Assembly: GCA_964016885.1 (NCBI GenBank)
Contig: OZ024743.1
Coordinates: 348,254,001 to 348,318,000 of the forward strand
DNA from: Eledone cirrhosa
Lineage: Eukaryota
Length of the DNA: 64,000 nt
Direction: 5' to 3'
In this document: piece by piece, positions 1 to 14,121 of the stretch
Layout: the number at the start of each line of letters is the position of its first letter
Position numbering within the stretch: position 1 is the first letter of the stretch
Notes under the pieces: model-generated
What the model was told of the DNA's origin: nothing
Database searches by the model: none
Seen by the model: the letters and a program-made list of their open reading frames with translations, nothing else
Program-made: the position numbers and the translations under genes

Positions 1-199
1 ATTACTGAACATATTTTTTAGTGACGGTGGACCTGGAAAATAACACGTCACAGCCTCTATAATCGATGCTACTTTTTAGTGGCAAAATAAGTCAAGAAGA
101 GAGAGATCGCTATTGTGAAATCGTATATTCTGACGTTTCACAGGTACGTATGTAAACCCTTAAATTAGTTCTCATGAATATTCAACGTGGTACAGTGTT

Positions 200-345
200 T
201 CATACACATACACTGACATTTTTACTCTGAATGACCTGGAGTCACGGAAAGTGTAGCGTTTTACTCAAGGACACAACATGCTGCTGGTATTCAATCTAAC
301 AATTTTGCGATCATGAGTTGAACAGCTCAACCACAAAATCACATG
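200..345 (-). mobile_element. Degenerate tRNA-derived SINE, family B
   Basis: Minus strand reads GTGGTTGAG...TTGAATACC...GTGTCCTTGAGTAAAACGCT; resembles 7933-8045 and 39645-39950. Ends approximate. Confidence 0.45.
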
Positions 346-450
346 CCCTTAGCAGTGATTAGAATAACAGGGAGGGGGATTTATAAAGAATGGCTTGGGG
401 TAATTGTCCCGGCAATCTGCAGTCTTAGATGAACTTAATATTTAATACTT

Positions 451-629
451 TGGATTGGCAGTATCGGTAGAGGGTCGGACGCCATGCTTTGCAGCATAGT
501 TACGGCCCTTTATGTTCTGAGTTCAAATCCCGCCGAGGTTAACTTTGCCTTTCATCCTTATGGGGTCGATAAAATAAAGTACCAGAAATGTACTGGGATA
601 ATTGCTGGCCTTGTGCCAAAAGTAGAAAC
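451..629 (+). mobile_element. tRNA-derived SINE, family A, with 14-bp TSD
   Basis: A-box-like TGGCAGTATCGG, B-box GAGTTCAAATCC, core CTTTGCCTTTCATCCTT..GGGGTCGATAAAATAAAGTACC, tail GGCCTTGTGCCAAAAGTAGAAAC; flanked by AATATTTAATACTT at 437-450 and 630-643. Confidence 0.9.
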
Positions 630-952
630 AATATTTAATACTTCGGAGGAGTCAAGAAATAAAGTACCAGTCAATTGGTGGGGTCTAATTTTCCCCTTCT
701 CCCTTTCTTCCTCCCACACACAGGCAAACATACTATGCCGGTAATTTTGTGTTATGAAGAAAATCATTACAAACTCCTCGCTGCATCTCATTAAGCAGAA
801 ATGAAGAAGGGTTACATGAAAGGTCAGCCACATCTTATTTTCATAATAAAAAACTAAAATAGTTTAGAAAGAAACACACACACACACACACACACACACA
901 TAAACCCACACACTCACACACTCACACACACACATATATTCATATTTATAAC

Positions 953-1015
<63 letters not shown>

Positions 1016-1488
1016 GAAGTTCAGGAAAGATAAAAATAGTTATTGATAACGTTTTGACTAAATCCTTCCTCCGGAAATAGAGTGAAGAGATGCAATATGA
1101 AGAGAAAGTAAAGAAAATTGTTTAGGCAAATCGGCCACAAGCGGTGAGTTTGGCTACATACCAGCGGACTGTATAACAATAAAGTGACACGCACACATTT
1201 AAACTGAATGAAAGGAAACCATATACGGAACATTCGTATGTTTTACAGTTATTAACCGGAAGACATGATATCATCATATGGTTGGCATGGAAATAGACGA
1301 GCAGAGAATGTAAGCTGAATATAGCACACAAATAGATGCAAGACGCTCGCTTTTTCAAATAAATTAAAAAGTTATCTTGTACGGAATTCAGTACTCCTCC
1401 TGTTGATATGGATATCTTAATTCATGGTACTGACTCCTTGTAATTATATTCACTTAGTTCCTTATATAGATATATGCGAACATACATA

Positions 1489-1539
<51 letters not shown>

Positions 1540-1596
1540 GCATATACATACATCCATGCAAACATCCATATATATATATATATATGAATACTTGCA

Positions 1597-1632
<36 letters not shown>

Positions 1633-1917
1633 CATGAATACATGCTTACAGTGAGGAAAACATAAAGCCTGTCTTGAAACATCTCTATCAATGGCCTAAC
1701 TGTTTCACTTGTATCAGACGATAACTGCTACAAATACTCGGGGATAAATGGAAATAAATCCTATAATTATTTCGTAAAAAGTGAATATATCCGTGTAAAA
1801 AATGAATGTGGCCTTCCGAACTGTTTGTGCACAATCAATCAGTAGCTCACAATTTGTTTGCTGTGTCTGTGATATTACCAAAAAAAGAACTATTTTATTG
1901 GCAGCTAGTATCATTAA

Positions 1918-2101
1918 CTGTTACTACTTTTGGCACAAGGCCAGCAATTATCCCAGTGTATTATTGGTACTTTATTATATCGACCCCGTAAGGATGAAAG
2001 GGAAAGTTAACCTCGGTGGGATTTGAACTCAGTCCGTAAAGAGACGTAACTGTGCTGCAAAGCATGGCGCCCGACCCTCTACCGATACTGCCAATTCACC
2101 G
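1918..2101 (-). mobile_element. SINE family A (short-tail subtype)
   Basis: Reverse complement of the 451-629 element along its length. Confidence 0.88.
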
Positions 2102-2102
2102 A

Positions 2103-2323
2103 ATATTGGTTTCTTATATAGGCACAAGCCCAACAATTTTGGAGGAGGGGAATGTCAATTAAATAGGCCCCAGTGCGTGACTGGTACTTTATGTTATCGA
2201 CCCCGTAAGGATGAAAGGCAAAGTTAACCACTACGGGATTTGAATTCAGATCATAAAGTGCTCTAACTCTAGGCTACAAAGTATGGCACCCGACCCTTTA
2301 CCGATACTACCAATCCACCGTCC
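2103..2323 (-). mobile_element. SINE family A (long subtype)
   Basis: Same head and core, with an extra CACGCACTGGGG...CCCCTCC..AAAATTG segment before the tail; abuts the previous copy. Confidence 0.85.
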
Positions 2324-2599
2324 TTAGAATCATTAATATTAAAACTCGGACTGTTTTATCTAGCACCGGAAATGTTCACATCAACAGTGGCATGTACCGC
2401 CTTTGCCTAAAGCATAAACGGGTATAATGTGACTTAATATCTGTGCAAACAGCATCATATCCCTCCCAAAAAATCTTCGAACTACTAGGCATAGAAGAAC
2501 ATCAATAGAACATGTCTGTTTACATGAATCCGATAACATCATGAGAGTTGGGAAGAAGATCCTCAAATATTACTCGTAGACCCAGAGAAATTGTACAGC

Positions 2600-3345
2600 A
2601 ACACTGTAACTAATCCATAGTTGAACACTTACATGCTTATCAACAACAGCGTAGTCTTGGACAAACAATCGGTATACTAGCTCTCATTGTGAAGGAAATG
2701 CTTTTGAAATCCAGGAACGGGAAATAGCTACAAAATATATGATGCAGACAAATAAATGCAGAGTCTTTGGCATAAACATTGAGCATTCCACCCATACTAT
2801 AAACAGCTGAACCCAAGATCTCATCAAGATACTATCTACCCATGAGACATTATTTTGTGGTCAAAATACTATACAATGCAAACCATATAAAGGATTGTTT
2901 CAGACATAGAAATACATAAGTTAAGGTAATGTGGAAGGCATATACATACATAATATGAAAGATCACTAGTGGAATGTATCAGTCAAAACCCCAATAAATG
3001 CATAAGACATACATAGTGATATAGGACAGCGAAAAGCAGGCATACATAATAATGGAAACCACCTGCCTAGCAGATGTTAATATAGTATTAAGCATTAGCA
3101 AAAAGAAGAACATTCATGCTGAACTAATGAGGAATCTGCCGATACTCCATCCTGACTACATAATTAGATTTGTACCTATGATCATTGGGGGTCTTGGATA
3201 TGTTACCAACTTTCTCAGTACAAGCCTTGAGAAGCTGGCTTTTACTGAACCAGAAAGAGCACCGCTAGTTAGGAAGTTGGAAGTAGAGTCCATTAATGAA
3301 TATGTAAAAGTATGTAAAATATTACAAAACTTCAGCATGTAATGC
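2600..3345 (+). pseudogene. Decayed RLE-type non-LTR retrotransposon 3' part
   Basis: Fragments read IQEREIATK, SSRYYLPMRH and FVPMIIGGLG, resembling zinc finger/RHD/C-terminal motifs of the RLE elements at 31147-32247; many stops and shifts. Confidence 0.55.
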
Positions 3346-3452
3346 CCGCGTATATAAAAGTATAGATACTGAAACACAACCTGGTAGTTGTCAAAATTCC
3401 AATGAAAGAGTCATTTTCCTATGTTAGAAAACGTCTCTCTATTTATTAAATA

Positions 3453-3545
3453 ATTGTTTCTACTTTTGGCACAAGGCCAGCAATTACCCAGTACATTACT
3501 GGTACATTATTTTATCGATCCCGTAAGGATGAAAGGCAAAGTTAA
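3453..3545 (-). mobile_element. SINE family A 3' fragment
   Basis: TTGTTTCTACTTTTGGCACAAGGCC...GGATGAAAGGCAAAGTTAA. Confidence 0.8.
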
Positions 3546-3647
3546 TGAAACCAAGATCTACATACATACTTACACACACACACAAATATATATATCTTAT
3601 AAATCTATGTATACACACACACATATATATCTTATAAATCTATGTAT

Positions 3648-3725
<78 letters not shown>

Positions 3726-3997
3726 GAAGTTTGACACATTTTTTGATATGTTCCTTCAACACCTTGTCCCTTCTACCATTTTATCAATTTTTAAGCTAAC
3801 TCCAACAATGACAACACTAATAACTGACCAATGAGAGGAGAAGGGGACCTGTGACACGAAAATTCGTTTGTTTGAATTCATATGACTCCAGTTCCCCAGT
3901 GAATTAACATCCCAGCAAGGAACTGGGCATATCTGAGTATTGACAATATCATACACCTAAACAACATATGTACTTGTCTATACCATACTAATTCAAA

Positions 3998-4050
3998 CTG
4001 CCTGAAGAGGTCACAGCCAAAGATGGCTGTCACTGAAATATATATAAACG
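3998..4050 (+). ncRNA. Type I hammerhead-like motif (weak stem I)
   Basis: CTGAAGA 4002-4008; stem II GGT..ACT enclosing ACAGCCA/TGGCTGT; GAAA 4035-4038; self-complementary (AT)n stem III. Confidence 0.55.
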
Positions 4051-4164
4051 AAGCTAAATTTTAATCATTTGACTTTTATTTAACTTTATTTTATATATAT
4101 ATATATATATATATAAATTCAAAATATTAACAAAAAAGATATTCTTTTGATCAAGTATATTTTG

Positions 4165-4220
4165 TTATACATATTTCAGAGGTACTGAGTTAAGTTCAAC
4201 AGTAGGTCCTCGTCAGATAA
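4165..4220 (-). ncRNA. Type I hammerhead-like motif
   Basis: Minus strand CTGACGA-GGA..TACTG/CAGTA..TCT-GAAA-TATGTATAAC; the 3' 14 nt recur in the motif at 49223-49278. Confidence 0.5.
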
Positions 4221-4317
4221 AATCAGATGATGCATGAAAACCAAAACTGTTGAGTGCTTCCAATCTATTGTAAAACACATTATTTGATTTATTCATAGAA
4301 CCTTGTTTAACTTTTAA

Positions 4318-4458
<141 letters not shown>

Positions 4459-4538
4459 TAGATAAATGTGTGTGAGTGTGTGTGTGTTTTTGCGCTTGCA
4501 ATATGTTATTCCTTTACAGGTTTCAATCTGCATGTATG

Positions 4539-4594
<56 letters not shown>

Positions 4595-5878
4595 TATGCT
4601 TGTGTGTGTTTGTTGTTTGTGTGTGTGACACCAGCTTTATTAAATGAATGAACTCAAATAATGCATCAATAACATACAGATTTTTTTTATAACGGTTATT
4701 TCCACTCACTTTTCATAAATTTTCTAATATATAACTTTACATGTAGATTTATTCAATTGAATTATAGGATGGCCATTAATCTTGAATTTCAACTGAGATT
4801 AAACTAACTCTAATTCGTATTAAGCTTAACCATATTTTAGGCCTATGTTTATATATCTATGTACTTTAATAACTCTTAACACATAGTTCTATATGTCTGC
4901 ATAGATGTGTCTGTTTGTGTATAAGTCTGATGAAATTTGAGCATACACCCTTTAGTTTCATATTCCATACAAAGAAAAAAAAATATTAGGAAGAATCTCT
5001 CCGGTTACTTTCATTTTATTTTCTTTAATTTTATCTTATCGGGTGACCACCCCGTTTGTCTGAAGTGGTCAACAATAAACATTTTCTTTAATATACTGAA
5101 CATCCACCACCACCCCGATCTGCCAAAACGTTTAGCCTGCGCAATGTGACGAATACCATATGGTCACGGCTTTTAAACAACATCTCTAAGCAAAATTGAT
5201 AACACCTCATGAGAGACTAGAAGCAGAAATGGAGGGAGACTAAAAAGAAAAGTTGGTGTGTTACATTATACTCCAATTTGTTGATGATAGGAAAAGATAG
5301 CAGCTGGTAGTAGGGGGAAGAAATATTAATAGTATTAGAGTAGAACAAGTGAGGTGGCCCTCTCCGCAAATTTTACTGTGATTTATAATGTTTTGTTTTA
5401 TTTTATTTTTTCAGGCTAGCATTACAAAAACAAAAAAAGTGAAAAAGTAAAGAAAATCAATAAAGAAAATCTAACAGAAAAAGAAGCAGACCCCCAAACT
5501 TTGTACTTCATGTGACCTAAATGAAGCTACAAAGACCTGTAAGCACTCATCTTTCATCTTTAAGATTCTCGTAGTGTCAGAGGCTAAAGATACACACCGG
5601 GCTCAATTATTTTCAGTTTAATTTTTTAAAAACAATCCGTATATCAGATAAAGATTGTATTTGAAGCCTTAACATTAAATGGGTGGTAGGATTAGGAAAG
5701 GGAACTCGTATCTAGTACATCATATTGATTTCTTTTCAACCGGTACAAGGCCAAGGGTATTCGGGTCATAGAACATAACGAATTAGAAGGAGGTAGCTAA
5801 CTTGTGGCATATAATCACATAACTGAATGTCAGATAAGTTCGAATTCAGCTAAGGTATTTGTGTGAGTATCTGGGTAC

Positions 5879-5879
5879 A

Positions 5880-5931
<52 letters not shown>

Positions 5932-5982
5932 GTACTACTACTACTACTACTACTACTGCTACTACTACTACTGATGTTGCTG

Positions 5983-6032
<50 letters not shown>

Positions 6033-6070
6033 GCTGCTGTTACTGCTGCTGCTGCTACTACTACTACTAT

Positions 6071-6128
<58 letters not shown>

Positions 6129-6130
6129 GT
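5879..6130. repeat. (CTA)n microsatellite
   Basis: ~250 bp near-pure CTA repeat; source of poly-Thr/Leu/Val ORFs. Confidence 0.97.
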
Positions 6131-6149
6131 TGTAGTAGTAGGCGTAGTA

Positions 6150-7070
6150 ATAATTTCTTTATTGGCCACAAGAGCCTACATTTAGGGAACAATGCAATAG
6201 ACAAATAGTCAAGGACAGTGAGGGGTCTTACAAAATAATTGACTAAAAATATAAAAAAACAATAACAATAAAGAAGTAAAACTACAAACAACAGAGTTCC
6301 TCAATGGGGGGATAAACTCCCAGGGATGACTGAGCTACCCTATCAATCCTGAACCAGCCGACGCTTCGAGGACAGCCGGGAATAGACACCCCACTACTTT
6401 TCAAATTATCCAGCCTACAGGCGCATGCTAAGAATAAACCCATTCATATGGGCCATTCTCGTCACATTCACACGCATTTTATCAAATGTACAAGGTGCAG
6501 AACTTCACTCTGTATTCTTACTTTCCTATCCAACTGAAACTTGAAAAAGTCGATAAGGGATTGGCCGAAGAGAAAATGATCTGTCTTCAGTCCTTTCAAT
6601 CAGGTCTACCACACAAACGCTTTCACTAACGCCACCAAACAGAGGAAAATTGCCTACTCTTCCAGGCCAAAAGAAGGCGGCGAGGCGATCTCCACTAGGG
6701 ACTCGGTCGATAGACGGATCCGTTCGTAAGGCGACAACAGCTGTTCCACAAGACTGCAATGCATGGACATTGGATGAGTACGTGCGGTTTCGTCGCTCTG
6801 CGTTCATCTCAGACAGTTCCCTCTTACAGCACTTCCGTGCCTGTAGATTAAACCTCGAACAAGCACAGCCCCGCGGTAGCGCTGCCAAGTGAGGAATTTC
6901 TGGAAATTATCCATAGTTCCCGGTTCAATATTCCCCCGGAACAGAGTAGCCAATTCGACTTCGTCGGCTCCCAGAGCCTATTCGAGTGCGACGTCACACT
7001 TGCACACCAGCAATCACCTATAGAACTCGAGAATGGAAGTTCCACTTGCAGCATTGAACACCTGGCAGCT
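6150..7070 (-). mobile_element. 5'-truncated decayed Tx1-like LINE (ORF2 end + 3'UTR)
   Basis: Minus strand matches ORF2 end (MDNFQK.., HAL.QC, FLFGQSL..FFKF) and ends CTTGTGGCCAATAAAGAAATTATTA like the full-length copies. Confidence 0.85.
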
Positions 7071-7314
7071 TTGTGTTTCTTTTTTTATTTTTGCTTTGAC
7101 TGTCTGTCCATATATGGACTGTAACCCTTGATAAGTTCAGCTAGATTCTCGCCGTTCGAATACTGGCGCTTTAGTTCGGATCCAGCTGTTGAAATGGCCA
7201 GAGCTAAACAGTCCGGGTCCTAAATCTTTTCATATTATACTACCCCAATTATCGATTACTCTGGTGGGGATGGTGCACCTGGGTTTTTTACCACACCCGA
7301 TCGGATAAATACAC

Positions 7315-7447
<133 letters not shown>

Positions 7448-7745
7448 TGTGCGTGTGTGTGTGATGGCTATGTGGGCTTATGTGCGTGTTTATATATTCA
7501 ATAGCAATTGTTTCTCGGCATTCAATCGTGTGTAAATTTCGTCTTCCAAAAATCTCTATCAACATTGATCTGCAAAGACGTTCGATGGCAGGATGTCGTT
7601 GTGTTTGTTTACAGAGACATTTATAGTATTTCATTTCAATGTAATTGTAAACGTTATTGATTATGGAGGGCTACTTGTCTTATAACAAACATTTCTATAT
7701 ACGATAATATATATATGTGTATATATGTATATATGTGTTTGTGTG

Positions 7746-7822
<77 letters not shown>

Positions 7823-7867
7823 TTATATATACATATATATACATATTTATATATACATATATATACA

Positions 7868-7898
<31 letters not shown>

Positions 7899-7932
7899 GT
7901 GTGTGTGTAAGGGGTGGGGTGGGGGTGAGTAT

Positions 7933-8045
7933 GGGGCTGAGTGGTTATAGAATTGGTTTTGCAATTGTGAGCTTGTTAGTTCGATTCCCGGACCAGGTGA
8001 TACATTATGCCCTTGAGCAATTCACTTTATTTCACGTTGCTCCTT
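7933..8045 (+). mobile_element. SINE family B 5' portion
   Basis: GGCTGAGTGG (A-box-like), GTTCGATTCC (B box), CCTTGAGCAA..CACTTTATTTCACGTTGCTCC. Confidence 0.6.
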
Positions 8046-9362
8046 CTACATGGAATTGCGTCCAATATATAGTATTGTTTCCTAGGTCCGAATTGACGTA
8101 AGTCGGTCGATTGTCGATATATATGCGATATATATATATATATGTGTCTGTGTGTGTGCGTGCGTGCGTGTCTGTATGTGTGTGTGTATGTGCCTGAATT
8201 GTGCAGACATTAAAATAATGTGATCAGACATGAACGAATGTAAAAATAATATGAATAACATTCGAGAAAATCGGCTAATATACCCTCCGACACTGAAAAG
8301 AATGTACAGAGTCGTCCACGAAATATCTAACTTTGCATATTTCGAATTAGTATAAATACGTATATGTGTAGGAATTGGGCATGAATTTACTACTTTTCCA
8401 AATATTATCTATAAAAATAAAATAGTAAAATATTGAACGCATTGATTATTTAATTTTCTAAGAGCTCAATTCTCATGATAATCTTCAGATCAATGAAGAT
8501 TGCCTTAATTTAAATTTTAGTATCGGAAATATTGATTTCAATAAATAACATTGAATTAATCTACGCAAACATCAGGTGAATATGAGCGGACATTAAGAGA
8601 AGAAAAGAAAACCAAATCAAATGGTGATAGCGGAAGCACAATCAACGAAATGTTTATTTCTAGATAAAAAAAAGGAAAAACAAAGAAAGGGAGACAGAGA
8701 GAAGGGGAAAGAGAGGAGAGGAATAAAGGGGATAGAGAGATAAAGAGAGAAGGGGAGAGAGAGAGAGAAAATAAAAGGGCACTCACCACATATTCACTAT
8801 ATTTTCTACGTTCGGTCTGTTTATCGACCTTGCTCTTGCTGCTTTGCTAGTGGCGGTGAAGGTGGTAATGGCTCTGCTATTTGTTGTTGTTGTTGCTGTT
8901 GTTGCTGTTTTTGGTGTTGTTCTTCTTCTTTTTTCCCTTCTCCACCTTCTACTTCTCCCTCCCCCTCCACTTCTTCTTCTTCTTCTTACTATTATTATTA
9001 CTATTATTAACGCTATTTTTATTGTTGATGTTGGTGTTGTTTTTATTTTTTACTTTTTTAAACTGGAAAAAAAACTGAGATCTTATAGAAAAGTAAAATT
9101 GCGACGAGGGAAAGCAAAATATTGATATAAAGCATGTCTGTAGAGAAATAACAACAAAAAGAACCAAAAAATATATGCACAAAAAATGTCCGACAGAGGA
9201 AATCTGTGATGTTGAAGACAGTCTTTAGAAATTTGCAAGCTAGCAGATGTGAATAGGTCAGGCAATGATTTTTTTTTTAGTAAGTTTGCCATCTTTTTCT
9301 TTTCATATGTTGCATTATATATATATCTATGTATATATATATATATATATATGTGGGGGGGG

Positions 9363-9401
<39 letters not shown>

Positions 9402-9506
9402 CGTGTGTGTGTCTATGTATATATATAGAGAGAGATATTTATTTATATATTGTTGATGTTTCCTTTCTTTTGTCTTGAGTTCTGTAGATTTTCGATTTTT
9501 ATGTGC

Positions 9507-9541
<35 letters not shown>

Positions 9542-9597
9542 CACACACATATTCACAAACACACATATATATACATATATATATGTGTGTGTGTTTA

Positions 9598-9630
<33 letters not shown>

Positions 9631-9668
9631 TCACACACATACATATACACATATATATGTGTGTGTGT

Positions 9669-9758
<90 letters not shown>

Positions 9759-10146
9759 ATGTGTGTGTGTACATAGAGAACGAGAGTGAGAGAGTATGAA
9801 AGATAGTGAGATAGATAGACTTATTTATTTTTTTAATTTTACTTTATTTCTTGACTTTTCTTTCTAAGATTATTTTCTTTTCTTTTCTCTTGGATTCCGA
9901 TAATAATAGTAAATAATCGGCAAATGTCAAAGGGAAAAATAAATATATTAAAAGATGAAAGAGAAAAAAATATATGTGGTCGATGAAAAGGCTTGACGGT
10001 TAGTCGGCGGGTCGGCTTGTCATCTGGCTGGTTGGTGGGTTTGGTGATGCGTATTGTAGGGGGTGGCCTAGGTGAGCTGGCTGGATGATTTTGCGAGAAG
10101 TGGGAAAACGGTAAAAGTCAAAACAAAAGAAACAAATACATCAACA

Positions 10147-11056
10147 ATACATACATACATATATACATGCATACACACATACATAGACACATACATACAT
10201 ACGTACACACACACACATACATACATACACACACATACATACACACACACATATATACATACATAGACACATACATACATACACACACACACATACATAC
10301 AAACACACACACAGATACATACATACACACATGCGTACATACATACATATTTACATACATACATACACGCACGCATGCATACATACACACGCACATACAT
10401 ACACACATACATACATACACACATACATACACACATATATACACACGTAAATACATGCATACATACATGCATACATACATACATATAAACATACACACAA
10501 ACATACATACATACACATTTACGTACATACATACACACAAACATACATACATACATATATACATACATACATACATACACACACATACATACACACATAA
10601 ATACGTACATAGTACATACATACAAGCATGCACTCATACATACACACATACATACGTACACACATACATATATAGATACACACAAATATACATACATACA
10701 TACACACAAACATGCATACCTACATACACACACAGATACATACCATACGTACACACATACATACACACAAACAAACATACATACATACACACATACGTAC
10801 ACACATAGATACACACAAACATACATACGTACATACATACATATATACGTACATACATATACGTATACACACATATATACACACGTACATATATACACAC
10901 GTACATTCATGCGTACATACATACATACATGCGTATATACATACATACATATATACACACATACATACACATATATACACACACATACACATACATACAT
11001 ACATACATACATACATACATACATACATACATACATACATACATACATACATACAC
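10147..11056. repeat. ~900-bp degenerate (TACA)n/(CA)n tract
   Basis: Continuous purine-pyrimidine alternation grading into pure (CATA)n. Confidence 0.95.
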
Positions 11057-11874
11057 GTATTTAAGCTGATCTCGCAAATTCTTCAAAGGATTTTTCCAAA
11101 TTAAGACAGTCACTCAATAGGAAAATAGACTATTTGAAAAAATACAATCTTCTTGTCTTCACTGAACAGTAACGATTATACTTTTTCCTCACATTATTTT
11201 TTCATTGTTTGGATTTTTCTTACTTTTTTTTACATTTTTACTTTGCTTAAACTGTTTCCAGGGATTTATTTTCATTGAACTTCCTGTTACGCCTCTACTA
11301 CACTATGGTGGACGATATTTATTCTTTCTTAGTATTGTTATGTGAATTTCTATTTTTTTTCATCAATTTACTTTTTCTTTAATTCTCTAAACTATTAGTG
11401 GCATTTCTGTACATGTTTACATTCTTTAATCTTTCTTTTAGTCTTGTCATTATGTGTTGCTCTGATCAGAAGGGATTACTTACTGTTCATAGTCCATAAC
11501 CCATAGACTTATGTTATTGTTTTTGTACTGCTAATTCTTTATCAATCTCCCTACACATATAAATTTAACGTCGTCTTTTCTTTTTTTTCTCAATCACATT
11601 GTGTCGCAGTGTTAGTTAACAAGATTTATTGACAAACTCCATTGTTCAGTATATCCAATACAATAGCTGTGAAACATTTCATTTATTTAATCAAACAAGA
11701 GATGTAGAGGAGATGACTCAGATGATTCAGAGAGTTCTGCTAATGCTTTATTGCTTAGATTTGCCGCTGGAAATGTTAGGTTCAAACACTGAATGTGTCG
11801 ATAACTCCTAATCACAATACACCAATATTGGTTATATCGAGTGTACCTTGCTTTTCTTCATATCATTTAATATT

Positions 11875-12031
11875 AGAATCGGTAGAGCGACAGACAACAT
11901 GCTTTGCAGCATAGAGTTATGAAAAAATTCCTGCTGAGCTTAACTTTCCCTGTCATCCATCCGGGGTTGATAAAATAAAGTACCAGTAATGCACTGGAGT
12001 AATTGCTGTCCTTTTGTCAAAAGTAGAAACA
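11875..12031 (+). mobile_element. SINE family A, degenerate
   Basis: GAATCGGTAGAG...TCATCCATCCGGGGTTGATAAAATAAAGTACCAG...AAAAGTAGAAAC. Confidence 0.75.
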
Positions 12032-12050
12032 ATTATTATGATTATTTTCA

Positions 12051-12224
12051 AATGTCCCTCCGAAGTCTCCCCCCTATTGGGGCATTTTTCATTGTTATTT
12101 TTTTTGTTACATCCTCTGTTTTTGTTTTTTACACGCAGAAATGCCCATTTGTACCGTCCTGTATTGTCCTGGACTGTCCTTAATGTCTACTTTATGTAAA
12201 CCCTTGTGGTTAATAAAGAAATCA
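12051..12224 (+). mobile_element. Tx1-like LINE 3'UTR-only insertion in the SINE tail, with imperfect TSD
   Basis: Close match to 61838-62003; flanked by ATTATTATGATTATTTTCAAA and ATTACTACGATTATTTTTCAAA. Confidence 0.85.
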
Positions 12225-12461
12225 TTACTACGATTATTTTTCAAAGTAAAAACGTCACGAGTTATTCAATCATATTCTCTGTTAAATTAAATTCCCGTTA
12301 AGCTTGATTCTTACTGTTATCAATCAAGGTGTCCAGTTACAATCACGTATATAGTCGATTCGAATAAATACTACTTTCCTAATACGTGTCGCTTTGTTTT
12401 ACAGTAGAAACAATTCAAAACGAAAAATAAACATTATTATCATTATTATTATTATTATTAC

Positions 12462-12507
<46 letters not shown>

Positions 12508-12527
12508 GTTGTTGTTGTTGTTGTTAT

Positions 12528-13423
12528 CCTTTGAGTCTCAGTCATTGATGTTATTTAGCTGGAAAGTTTGTTGAAATGAATATCAAGCCGCTACCTGCAG
12601 CCTCAGATATTCAGGACGTATCGGAGGGTACTTGCTGTTCCTAGTAAGCATGCCTTTTGAAGTGTTCCAAAAAGCGGAGGTGGATTATTCTTCTTTAACC
12701 ATCCTTGGAAAAGCTTTGAGATAGTACCTAGTGCGCCTATGACAATCGGGATGACCCTGACTTCAAGGCAGTTCCAAATCCTTTTTACCTCCCACTATAA
12801 TTCCTGGTATCGGTTAATTTTCTCCCTCTACTTTTCTTGCACTCTCGTGTCAAATGGACAGGCTACATCTACAATCAGGCACGATCTTTTTTCCTTGTCC
12901 AAAACCACCAGGTCAGGCCTATTGTGTTCTAATTTGTTGTCCGTCTGTATGCTAAAATCCCATAGCACCTTCACCTGATCGTTTTATATCACCGACTCTG
13001 GCTTATGCTGATACCACTTCTCAGAATGTGGTAAATTGTTTACTTTGCATAGGTGCCAGTGGATCACCCTGCCCATCACATCATGTCTCCAGCCTTTATA
13101 GTGAGTCTTCTCTCTCTCCACAGATCCTACACAGTGGGCTTGCCTCCTCCTTGTAAATATGGTGTTTCACCCACTTCATTCTGAGGGCTTGCTCTTGCGC
13201 AGCCATTAGCGTTCCTTCTGTAGCCTTTTTAAGGTCTCATCTTTTTAACCAGTTCCATGTCTGTGGATCTCTAAATTCAGTTTTCTTAAAGAAATGAAGG
13301 TATTTTTCCTGAAGGTTGCTCTTCCTCCCTGTTTTTATTTCCTCCTTGGACATCCCCTGGTCTATTGCCCTCTCCTTCAGTACAATTTTGAGCATTGGCT
13401 CCCTACTGTCAGTCACGATTTTG
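12528..13423 (-). mobile_element. 5'-truncated R4/Dong-like element, family Y
   Basis: Reverse complement of ~35740-36683 with small deletions; 3' end abuts (ATT)n/(GTT)n at 12433-12526. Confidence 0.9.
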
Positions 13424-13424
13424 T

Positions 13425-14008
13425 GCAGTCCAATGTACGTGCATTACTGATTTGTGGAGTTATGTCGAACAGCTACTGCCGTGTGTGGAAACGAATCCGG
13501 CTATCGGCCGAGTCCATAGTGAAGATCGACCCGCCGCCTTCCTTAGGCCAGGAAGAAGAGGAAATGTTCCTCTGTCTTGTGGCCGTTGCGAAAGAGGTTA
13601 TATGGTGGACCAGATTAAAAGGAATGAAGACAGACACTTTTCTCTTCGGCCAATGACTCATCAACTTCTTCAAGCTTCACCTGGTACATTTGCTAAAATG
13701 TGCATGAATGTGGCGAGAATGGCCCGTGTGAATGGGCCTACTCTGACCATGGGCCTAAAGGTTAGCTAACTTAAGGAGAGGAGGGCTCTCCCTGGGTGCC
13801 CTAGAAGCGCAGGATGGTTCAGGATTGATGGGGTACCTGAGTCACCCCAGGGTCGTCCACCCCTTATCGGGGAATTTATTTTGTTATATTTATGCAAAGT
13901 TTATTTTATATTTTTTGATATCTTCATTGTTAAATTAGTCTTGCCATTGTGCACTTTTACTTGACCTTATTGTAAACCCCACTGTCCCTGTCTTTGTATT
14001 GTCCCCGA
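13425..14008 (+). mobile_element. Tx1-like LINE 3' fragment
   Basis: RIRLSAESIVKIDPPPS..CLVAVAKEVIWWTRLKG..FLFGQ matches the ORF2 C-terminus, followed by 3'UTR. Confidence 0.88.
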
Positions 14009-14121
14009 CATAGCACCTTCACCTGATCGTTTTCTATCACCGTCTCTCGTTAATGCTCATACCACTTCTCAGAATGTGGTAAATTGTTTACTTTGCATAG
14101 GTGCCAGTGGATCACCCTGCC
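14009..14121 (-). repeat. 113-bp second copy of Dong-Y internal sequence
   Basis: Near-identical to 12961-13073. Confidence 0.9.

Noticed and set aside
451-540. tRNA gene suggested by A/B boxes
   Set aside because: No cloverleaf; continues into a repeated body with TSDs, so a SINE head.
5846-6185. Poly-Thr, poly-Leu and poly-Val ORFs
   Set aside because: (CTA)n microsatellite.
8790-9292. Possible minus-strand Tx1 ORF1 start relic
   Set aside because: Only low-complexity similarity; no diagnostic motif.
10068-11113. Long ORFs of MYVC/HTYI repeats (also 1422, 7695, 9327 and others)
   Set aside because: Translations of (TA)/(CA)/(TACA)n microsatellites.
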